Below, one piece after another: positions 29,448 through 37,202 of a DNA stretch of 64,000 nt. The DNA lies in NCBI GenBank assembly GCA_903873995.1, contig CAIQQQ010000344.1:22826-86825 (forward strand), written 5' to 3'. A program made the translations under genes and the position numbers. The notes under the pieces are model-generated. The model was not told the origin of the DNA. It worked only from the letters and a program-made list of their open reading frames with translations, and ran no database searches. This DNA comes from an uncultured Rhodospirillales bacterium. Its GTDB lineage: Bacteria; Pseudomonadota; Alphaproteobacteria; Acetobacterales; Acetobacteraceae. Each line of letters begins with the position of its first letter. The stretch's first letter is position 1.

Positions 29448-30419
29448 TTGTTGAGTCTTGCGCTGCGAAACGGAATAAGCGGACGGATGCGACACCATTT
29501 TTCAGGCATGACGGCGTGGGCGTGCCTTGCTACGACCGCGCTCTCCGGTTGCGCCCCTGGTACAGTGTCATCTGGCACCTGCCAGGTGGTGAAACTGGCA
29601 GACCTGCCGGTGACGTTTTACGAGAACACACCAATCGTCGAGGTGCGGATCAACGGACAGGCGGCCCATCTGATGCTGGACACGGGAGCATCCGTGACGG
29701 TGCTCAACGAGGCAACGACACAGACGCTGAATATGGCGCCAGATCCTCTCAAGAGCTTGCTGATCTCTGGCGTTGGTACGTTCAGCGCGCATCGCAACGC
29801 CATCGCCAGCCGTCTGGAGATAGGAGATGACAGGATCTTTGACGTCAGCCTGGGCGTTGTCGCCCTACCCTACGATCCGAAGCGTCTTTACGGGGGGTTC
29901 ATCGGCACCGACATTTTAGAACGGTACGATCTGGAGCTGGACGAAGCGCACAGCCGCATCGGGTTGTATAAGCCCCGTAACTGCCCTGACGGTGCGTCCG
30001 GTCTGCCCGGCACGCCAGTTCTTCTGACCCGACCTCCAGGGGGCCTGTCGCTGCCGACCACGGCGATCGCTGTGAAGGTCAATGGTCAGCCGCTTTCAGC
30101 AATCATCGACAGCGGCGCCTCGGGTCTGGCCATCGATCGTGCGACAACCTTGAGACTTGGTGTGGCAGCTAACGACTTGGCTGCAGGTCCCAAAATTTCG
30201 TCTGACGTTGTCGGCAAGACCAAGGTTCAAAGCACCAGTCATAGATTCCGGTCGCTCGGGATCGGCGCGGTAGCATTTTCGAATCCAACGTTCCACGTGG
30301 TAGACCTGCCGAACAACGGCCTTTATTCGCGGATCGACACGCTGATCGGGGGTTCCTACCTCCGCCACCACCGCATCTGGCTTTCCTACGGCGGACACAC
30401 CGCTTACGTACTCGATTGA
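29448..30419 (+). CDS. Lipoprotein with two retropepsin-like aspartic protease domains
   Basis: Lipobox 'ATTALSGC'. Two catalytic motifs, 'LMLDTGASVTVL' and 'AIIDSGASGLAI'. Likely start is ATG 29487 or 29508 rather than TTG 29448. Confidence 0.65.
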   Translation: MLSLALRNGISGRMRHHFSGMTAWACLATTALSGCAPGTVSSGTCQVVKLADLPVTFYENTPIVEVRINGQAAHLMLDTGASVTVLNEATTQTLNMAPDPLKSLLISGVGTFSAHRNAIASRLEIGDDRIFDVSLGVVALPYDPKRLYGGFIGTDILERYDLELDEAHSRIGLYKPRNCPDGASGLPGTPVLLTRPPGGLSLPTTAIAVKVNGQPLSAIIDSGASGLAIDRATTLRLGVAANDLAAGPKISSDVVGKTKVQSTSHRFRSLGIGAVAFSNPTFHVVDLPNNGLYSRIDTLIGGSYLRHHRIWLSYGGHTAYVLD

Positions 30420-30484
30420 TCCCGCTGCGCGATGTGACGGGGCCCCCTGACTCCTGCTAGAGCGCTTCCGCAAACGGCGGGGCC

Positions 30485-31378
30485 TTGGACATGGGACAGG
30501 CAGAGCGGATCGCAGCAGGAAGCATCGCGATCGGCATAGTGGTGCTGGCGCTAAAGCTGGTGGCCTGGTGGGTCACCGGCAGCGCAGCCTTGTTCTCAGA
30601 CGCGGCCGAAACGGTGGTGAACGTCGCAGCGGCAGGTGTGGCGTTGCTGGCGCTGCGCCTGGCCGCCCGACCAGCCGACGCTAACCACCCTTATGGGCAT
30701 GACAAGGCCGAGTTCTTCGCCGCTGTGATTGAGGGCTCGCTTATCGTGCTGGCGTCGGTTTTGATCATCGAGCAGGCATGGATCGGTTTCACCCATCCGA
30801 CACCGCTGTCAGAGCCGGGCACCGGACTTGCGCTCAACGCGGTCTCGACCGTGATCAACGTCATCTGGGCGTTGCTGGTCTTGCGATCCGGCAGACGTCT
30901 CCGATCGCCGGCATTGGTCGCCGACGGACACCATCTGATGTCTGACGTGGTGACCTCCGGCGGCGTGCTGATCGGCGTAGGACTGGTGATGGCAACCGGC
31001 ATGATCTGGCTCGATCCTGCCGTGGCCGTGTTGGCGGCGATCTATGTGTTGGTGTCCGGCATTCTGGTGATCAAGCGTTCGGTTGGCGGCTTGATGGACG
31101 CGGCGCCCGCTGAAGAAATCGTCTCGCGCATTCGGGCAATTGTAGGAACCCATGCGGAAGGAGCGATCGAGGCGCATGACCTTCGCACTCGCCATGCCGG
31201 GCGGCTCACCTTCCTGGAATTTCACTTGGTCGTACCAGGCACAATGCCGGTGCAGGCTGCGCACGAGATCTGCGACCGGATCGAGGCGGCTCTGAAGGCG
31301 GAGATGGAGGGGCTCATGATTACCATCCACGTGGAGCCGGAGGCCAAGGCCAAGCATCATGGCGTACTGGTGCTGTGA
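30485..31378 (+). CDS. Cation diffusion facilitator (CDF) family metal efflux transporter
   Basis: 297 aa. 'SAALFSDAAETVVN', 'HPYGHDKAE', six predicted transmembrane segments and a C-terminal cytoplasmic domain. Confidence 0.85.
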   Translation: MDMGQAERIAAGSIAIGIVVLALKLVAWWVTGSAALFSDAAETVVNVAAAGVALLALRLAARPADANHPYGHDKAEFFAAVIEGSLIVLASVLIIEQAWIGFTHPTPLSEPGTGLALNAVSTVINVIWALLVLRSGRRLRSPALVADGHHLMSDVVTSGGVLIGVGLVMATGMIWLDPAVAVLAAIYVLVSGILVIKRSVGGLMDAAPAEEIVSRIRAIVGTHAEGAIEAHDLRTRHAGRLTFLEFHLVVPGTMPVQAAHEICDRIEAALKAEMEGLMITIHVEPEAKAKHHGVLVL

Positions 31379-32118
31379 AGATCCTGTTGGCCCTGTTGTG
31401 CCTATGGTCGGGGCCGGCAAGTGCTGCGCGTATCGTATCTCTCAATCTCTGTACCGATCAGTATCTGCTGCTGTTGGCGCCAGACAAGGCTGCTGGCGTG
31501 ACATTTCTGGCGCGCGACCCTGAGCTGTCAGTGGTCGTGGCGCAGGCAGCCGAAGTTCCGACGGTACGGGCTGATGCGGAAAGCGTCCTACGGCTCAAAC
31601 CCGATCTCGTTCTGGCAACGCCATGGAGTGCACAGGGCACCTTGGCGCTTTTAGAGCGGCGCGGCATTCACGTGGAGCGTTTTCCCCTGGCGCAAAGTTT
31701 CGTTGAGATCCGGGACCAGACGCTAAAGATCGCAGCGCTGTTGGGCGCGAATGAACGGGCGGATGCCTTGTTGGAACTTATGGACCGAAATCTCGCCGTC
31801 CACCCGACGCGCTCCATCCGCGCGCTTGCTCTGGCCCCACGGGGCTACACGTCAGGACCTGGTTCGTTCACGGATGTTGTCTTGCGCGCCGCCGGCCTCG
31901 TCAATGCCTCGACTGGCAGACAGATGTCCTTAGAGGCCATCCTCGCTGATCCGCCTGATCTTCTGGTCATGGCGCGCGACCCAGCATTCCCATCGCTTGC
32001 GACGGATTTCCTGCGCCACCCTGCGTTGGCGCAAATTCCCAGACGCCAGATCCCGCCCGCACTTCTGACCTGCGCCGGTCCTTGGAGCGCCCGCGCCGTT
32101 TCCTTGCTTGCCCAATGA
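31375..32118 (+). CDS. ABC transporter periplasmic binding protein (BtuF/iron-siderophore class)
   Basis: Signal 'MKILLALLCLWSGPASAARIVSL'. The start overlaps the CDF stop. Followed by a FecCD permease and an ATPase. Confidence 0.7.
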   Translation: MKILLALLCLWSGPASAARIVSLNLCTDQYLLLLAPDKAAGVTFLARDPELSVVVAQAAEVPTVRADAESVLRLKPDLVLATPWSAQGTLALLERRGIHVERFPLAQSFVEIRDQTLKIAALLGANERADALLELMDRNLAVHPTRSIRALALAPRGYTSGPGSFTDVVLRAAGLVNASTGRQMSLEAILADPPDLLVMARDPAFPSLATDFLRHPALAQIPRRQIPPALLTCAGPWSARAVSLLAQ

Positions 32119-33053
32119 CGCGGGCCCTCGCCGCGGCCGTGCTGGCACTGTTTGCCTTGTCCATGCTGACTGGCGCTTCTGGGTTCGGCGTTCATGACCC
32201 CTCCATTCTGTGGCAGATCAGATTGCCTCGTACCGCGCTCGCCGCACTCGTGGGCGCGTGCCTCGGCCTGTCGGGTGCCGTGATGCAGGGCGCTTTGCGT
32301 AATCCCCTGGCAGATTCCGGACTTTTGGGGATCGGTGGATCGGCGGCCCTGGGCGCGGTGATCGCGTTCTACTGGGGGATATCGGCAGCGTTCGCGCCGG
32401 CCCTGCCGATCGGCGGCATGGCCGGCGCCGGGATTGGATGTGCTGCGTTATTGACCATGGCAGGGCGCAGTGCATCGGGGCCCGGATTGATCCTGGCCGG
32501 CGTCGCGGTCTCCGCACTTGGGGCGGCGCTGCTGGCGCTGGCCTTGTCGTTGGCGCCCAATCCGTTCGCATTGGCGGAAATTATGGTGTGGCTGATGGGT
32601 GGGCTTGAGGATCGCAGTCTGATGCATCTGCTGGTCGCCACACCGCCGATGCTGCTCGGCATTTTCCTGATGCTGCGGTTGGGGCGCAGGCTGGATGGCC
32701 TTGCCTTGGGGGAAGCGGTCGCTGCGAGCCTTGGTGTGCCGGTTGCCGCCACATTGCGATTGGCAGCGCTTGGCGTGGCGCTGGCTGTCGGTGCGGCAAC
32801 GTCTGTTTCGGGGGGCATTGGGTTTGTCGGCCTGGTGGTGCCGCACCTGCTTCGGCCCACCTTGGGCGCGCGGCCGGGCCGGCTGCTCTGGCCAGCCACG
32901 CTCGCCGGCGCCGTGTTGCTACTTGCAGCCGATCTTCTGGCAAGGACCCTGCCATTGTTATTGCCGATATCGGCCGAACCCCGCCTCGGTGTCCTGACGG
33001 CGTTGCTTGGCGCGCCATTTCTGATTCGGATTGCCCGCAAGGTGGCGCCGTGA
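32115..33053 (+). CDS. FecCD/BtuC-family ABC permease
   Basis: Polytopic, with 'RLPRTALAALVGACLGLSGAVMQ' and 'GIGFVGLVVPHLLR' motifs. ATGA overlap with the upstream stop at 32115-32118. Confidence 0.85.
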   Translation: MTRALAAAVLALFALSMLTGASGFGVHDPSILWQIRLPRTALAALVGACLGLSGAVMQGALRNPLADSGLLGIGGSAALGAVIAFYWGISAAFAPALPIGGMAGAGIGCAALLTMAGRSASGPGLILAGVAVSALGAALLALALSLAPNPFALAEIMVWLMGGLEDRSLMHLLVATPPMLLGIFLMLRLGRRLDGLALGEAVAASLGVPVAATLRLAALGVALAVGAATSVSGGIGFVGLVVPHLLRPTLGARPGRLLWPATLAGAVLLLAADLLARTLPLLLPISAEPRLGVLTALLGAPFLIRIARKVAP

Positions 33054-33769
33054 TCGACGTTGCAGCACCGATCATCGCTTTGGGCGGACGGATCGTGCTC
33101 TGGGATATTGCCTTCACCGCCCAGGCTGGCGAACTCGTCGTGCTGGCTGGGCCCAACGGTGCCGGCAAGACGACCTTGCTGCGCGCCATGGCCGGCCTTC
33201 TGCCTGGGTTTCAGTCACCCGATCCGCGGCGCACCGCGTATGTGCCGCAAGGGGCAGGCTGTGCATGGGGCATGCGGGTGCGAGACGTCGTTGCTCTCGG
33301 TCGGATCCCGCATGGTGACGAGGCGCAGGCCCCTATCGACGCCGCGCTGGCGGCCTGCGGTCTCGAGGCATTGCGCGAGGCGCGCATCGACCGCGTCTCC
33401 GGTGGCGAGGCGAGGCGTGCCATGCTCGCACGGGCCTTGGCGACGGAGCCTGCGGTCTTGTTGCTCGACGAGCCGACAGCGGACCTGGACCCGGCAGCCT
33501 CTCATGCCATGATGTCACTGCTGCGTCGTATGGCCGACGCTGGCGCATGTATCGTGGTGGTGCTGCATGCGCTCGACTTGGCAGTGCATCACGCGACCCG
33601 GCTCGTGGTCATCGATGGTGGGCGGATCGTGGCGGACGGCCCGCCAGAGTGCACGTTGCCGGAAGCGGCGAAGGTATTCGGGTTGCCGTTCGGGATCAGC
33701 CCTCGTGCCGGATTGCTTCCGCCATTGCAGGGAAGTTGGCAGGTCCGCAAGTCAGGGACGGGAGAGTGA
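33050..33769 (+). CDS. ABC transporter ATP-binding protein (BtuD/FecE class)
   Basis: Walker A 'GPNGAGKTT', signature 'VSGGE', Walker B 'LLLDEPTADLD'. Confidence 0.85.
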   Translation: MIDVAAPIIALGGRIVLWDIAFTAQAGELVVLAGPNGAGKTTLLRAMAGLLPGFQSPDPRRTAYVPQGAGCAWGMRVRDVVALGRIPHGDEAQAPIDAALAACGLEALREARIDRVSGGEARRAMLARALATEPAVLLLDEPTADLDPAASHAMMSLLRRMADAGACIVVVLHALDLAVHHATRLVVIDGGRIVADGPPECTLPEAAKVFGLPFGISPRAGLLPPLQGSWQVRKSGTGE

Positions 33770-33770
33770 G

Positions 33771-34325
33771 ATGGTGAGAATCGATCGCGTGACCACGCGG
33801 GGCGGCGACAAGGGTGAGACCTCGCTGGGGGACGGCACGAGGCTTCCCAAAGACGCAATGCGGGTCGAGGCGTTCGGGACCGTGGATGAGGCCAACGCCG
33901 CAATCGGCATGCTGCGCTTACAGACCGATGGCGAAGCTGACGCGATGCTTGCGCGGATTCAGAACGACCTGTTCGACGTCGGCGCCGACCTCTGTGTGCC
34001 AGGCGAGATGGGGGATCGGCTTCGCCTAACAGCCGGTCCGGTTCAGCGCCTTGAGGAGGAGAGCGCGGCGATGAATGCCGAGATGCCCGCCCTGTCGAGC
34101 TTTGTTCTGCCTGGTGGTACGCCAGCTGCAGCGCATGCCCATCTTGCCCGCACCATCACAAGGCGGGCGGAGCGCCGTGTTGTTTCTTTGGCACAAGCGG
34201 AGACTGTGAACCCTGAGGTCATCCGCTATCTTAACCGGCTGTCAGATCATCTCTTCGTGCTCGGACGCTGGTTGAACGAAAAGGCTGCTCGGGACGTTTT
34301 GTGGGTTCCGGGAGCAAACCGGTAG
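33771..34325 (+). CDS. ATP:cob(I)alamin adenosyltransferase, PduO type
   Basis: 'MVRIDRVTTRGGDKGETSLGDG...RVEAFGTVDEANA' is the canonical PduO-type N-terminus. ATG lies 1 nt after the ATPase stop. Confidence 0.85.
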   Translation: MVRIDRVTTRGGDKGETSLGDGTRLPKDAMRVEAFGTVDEANAAIGMLRLQTDGEADAMLARIQNDLFDVGADLCVPGEMGDRLRLTAGPVQRLEEESAAMNAEMPALSSFVLPGGTPAAAHAHLARTITRRAERRVVSLAQAETVNPEVIRYLNRLSDHLFVLGRWLNEKAARDVLWVPGANR

Positions 34326-34337
34326 GACAACCAAACT

Positions 34338-37169
34338 TCATCTCCCTATCGCGCGCCGTCGCTTAGGTGCAGGAACGATCGGTGCAGCGACGTCATCCTC
34401 TGTCACGAGCGCAGCAAGTAGGTTGTCGCGCAACTGGCTCAGCTTGCGATCATTTTCGATCTTCAGCCCAAACACATCCTTGACGTAGAATACATCGACC
34501 GCACGGACACCGTAGGTGGTCACGTGAGCTGAGGCGATCTGCAGCCCCGACTCACTGATTGCGGCCGTGACGTCATGCAACAGCCCCGGGCGATCCCGCC
34601 CGTTCACCTCGAGCACGGTGTGGGTGTTGCTCGCGCGATTGTCGATCACGACTCGGGGCGGCACGTGAATGGCGCGCATACGCCGTCCGAGCAGGGCAGT
34701 CGACGCCTTGCGGATTTCGGTGGCCAACCGCAGCCGGCCGGACAGCGCCTGTTCGATGAGAACATAAAGGCGCGCCAAGCGGTGCGGGGCATCGAACGGC
34801 CCACCTGCCGTGTCCTGCACCCAGAACGTATCGAGCGCCATGCCGTTGGTGAGAGTGTGGATGCGGGCATCGACGATTGACGCACCTGCAACGGCCAGAG
34901 CGCCGGCGATCTTGCTGAACAGCCCGGCATGGTCAGCGGCATAGACCACAATTTCCGTCACGGCGCGGGCCGGCAACGGCGTGGTTTCGACAGTAAGCGG
35001 CGCGGCGCGACGTTCCGCCTCCCGCGTCAGGCTGGCATGGCGGGCATGCGTCTCTGGATCGAATGACAGCCAATATCCGCCATAACCCAGCGATTGAAAG
35101 CGCTCGATATCCCCGCGTGGCCAATCGGGCAGAAGGCTGGCGGCGGCCGCCTTCGCACGGCTGACGCGCACGTCGCGCTCGGTCGTCGCAAGACCGCCCG
35201 CCAATACTTCAGCCACGCGCGCGTAAAGCTCACGCAGCAACGTAGCTTTCCAGCCGTTCCAGACCTTGGCTGAGACCGCCCGCATGTCGGCCACTGTCAG
35301 AACCAACAGAAGTCTGAGCCGTTCGGGAGATTGGATCGTGTCGGCGAGATCAAGGATGGTCTTTGGATCATCGATGTCACGCTTGAAAGCGGTCTGGCTC
35401 AGCAGAAGATGATGCAGCACAAGCCACGAGACAGTTTCGGTTTCCTCAGCCGACAGGCCAAGGCTCGGACCGACATCCAACGCCAGTTCGGCACCGAGTT
35501 CGGAGTGATCTCCACCACGGCCCTTGGCACTGTCGTGCAGCAGCATCGCGACATAGAGGGCCCGTCGCGACTGGAGATGATCAACCAACCCAGACGCCAC
35601 CGGCGCGATATCGGACAGATCGCCTCGCTCCAGCAAATTGAGGACGCGGACAGCCTCGATGGTGTGCTCGTCAACCGTGAAAACGTGATACGTGTCAAAT
35701 TGCATCTGGCCGACGATCCGCGCCCAGTCCGGCAGGAATCGTCCGAGGAAGCCAGTCTCGTTCATCACCTTCAGCCAGCGCGCGCCATCGGCGTGGTTGT
35801 GCTCAGTGTCGCGGCCGCACAGCAGATCCATGAAAATCGCCGCGGCGTTCGAATCGCCCCGCAGAGCCACCGCACGGCGTTCGTTTCGAATGAGCGCACG
35901 TATCGCCAGCGGGTGGAGCACGAGGTCGCGATCACGGGCGATCCGCAGGATCTCGAGCATCAACAAAGGCTCGATGGCGAAGTCTCGGCCTTTGGCGAGC
36001 ATCAGTTGCCCGTCCGCCAGCACAAAGCCGGCATCTGCCAGTTCGCCATCTGTTGCCGGCGCCACGGCCGGAGACCCGAGCGCTGCGCGTTGCAGTGCGG
36101 GTTCCAGCACGTGCGTCAACCTTGTGACCTCGCGGGCCGTCAGAAAATAATGGCGCATGAAGCGCTCGACGCCATCCTGCCGACCATGGCGCGTATAACC
36201 CATGCGGGCCCCGACGACGGGTTGGAGATCAAAGGTCAATCGTTCCTCGGCGCGCCCAGCGACGTAATGCAGGTGAAATCGCAAGGTCCAGAGGAAATCC
36301 CAGGACCGCAGCGCCAGGCGAACCTCATTGGCCGTGATGATGCCAGAGGCGGGTCCTTCACCGTCGACGAGATCTGCAAGCGCACCAACGCCGAACAGTG
36401 AACGTGCCAGCCAGTATAACGTTTGCAGGTCACGAAGCCCGCCGCGGCCCTCCTTGATGTTGGGCTCCACAACGAATGGGCTGTCTCCGAACCGGCGGTG
36501 GCGGGTTTCGCGCTCGGCCTGCTTAGCCGCAAAGAATGCCGGCAGATGTTCGCCGCGGGCCACCTCGAACCGTTCGGCAAAGCGCGCATAGAGAGCGGCA
36601 TCGCCGGCGATCAGCCGTGCATCGAGCAACGAGGTTCGCGTTGTGGTATCCGTCGCGGTCTCAGCCAGGCAGTCGTCCACCGATCGCGTGGCGTGCCCAA
36701 CCTTGAGACCGAGATCCCACAGAAAATACAATGTGAATTCGATGCCGCGTAAAGCGTCCTGAGCGGGGTCTGCGCTGGTGAGAAAAAGCAGGTCTATATC
36801 GCTGAACGGAGCCAGCACCCGGCGGCCATAGCCACCTGTCGCAGCCAGCGCGACGTCGCGTGTGGCCGGGAAGAGTGACTGGGTATAAATCTGCAAGCCC
36901 TCGATCAGGCCGTCGGTCAGCGCCGCCAAACGGCGGGCAGCGGCCAGCCCCGTCAGGCTGCCTTGCTCGAAACTGGTGCGGACATCCTGCTGAACACGGG
37001 CCAGATGACGGCGAAATACGCCCAGAACCGCATCTCTGGCAGGAGCCTCACCATTCGCCGACAAAGCTAAGACAGCGTCCTGCAGCACGCCGGCGGCATC
37101 GGTGATTGAGTCCGGAAGGGCAAAGGGCTGAAGCATCACCGATGATGTTACCGCGTCATCAGTGAACAA
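34338..37169 (-). CDS. glnD: Bifunctional [protein-PII] uridylyltransferase/uridylyl-removing enzyme
   Basis: 943 aa. Nucleotidyltransferase N-terminus, HD domain ('HDSAKGRGGDHSELG') and two C-terminal ACT-like domains. Confidence 0.92.
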   Translation of the reverse strand: MFTDDAVTSSVMLQPFALPDSITDAAGVLQDAVLALSANGEAPARDAVLGVFRRHLARVQQDVRTSFEQGSLTGLAAARRLAALTDGLIEGLQIYTQSLFPATRDVALAATGGYGRRVLAPFSDIDLLFLTSADPAQDALRGIEFTLYFLWDLGLKVGHATRSVDDCLAETATDTTTRTSLLDARLIAGDAALYARFAERFEVARGEHLPAFFAAKQAERETRHRRFGDSPFVVEPNIKEGRGGLRDLQTLYWLARSLFGVGALADLVDGEGPASGIITANEVRLALRSWDFLWTLRFHLHYVAGRAEERLTFDLQPVVGARMGYTRHGRQDGVERFMRHYFLTAREVTRLTHVLEPALQRAALGSPAVAPATDGELADAGFVLADGQLMLAKGRDFAIEPLLMLEILRIARDRDLVLHPLAIRALIRNERRAVALRGDSNAAAIFMDLLCGRDTEHNHADGARWLKVMNETGFLGRFLPDWARIVGQMQFDTYHVFTVDEHTIEAVRVLNLLERGDLSDIAPVASGLVDHLQSRRALYVAMLLHDSAKGRGGDHSELGAELALDVGPSLGLSAEETETVSWLVLHHLLLSQTAFKRDIDDPKTILDLADTIQSPERLRLLLVLTVADMRAVSAKVWNGWKATLLRELYARVAEVLAGGLATTERDVRVSRAKAAAASLLPDWPRGDIERFQSLGYGGYWLSFDPETHARHASLTREAERRAAPLTVETTPLPARAVTEIVVYAADHAGLFSKIAGALAVAGASIVDARIHTLTNGMALDTFWVQDTAGGPFDAPHRLARLYVLIEQALSGRLRLATEIRKASTALLGRRMRAIHVPPRVVIDNRASNTHTVLEVNGRDRPGLLHDVTAAISESGLQIASAHVTTYGVRAVDVFYVKDVFGLKIENDRKLSQLRDNLLAALVTEDDVAAPIVPAPKRRRAIGR

Positions 37170-37202
37170 AATAGCGAATGTAAGAGCGTGGCTCTGATCT
37201 GG

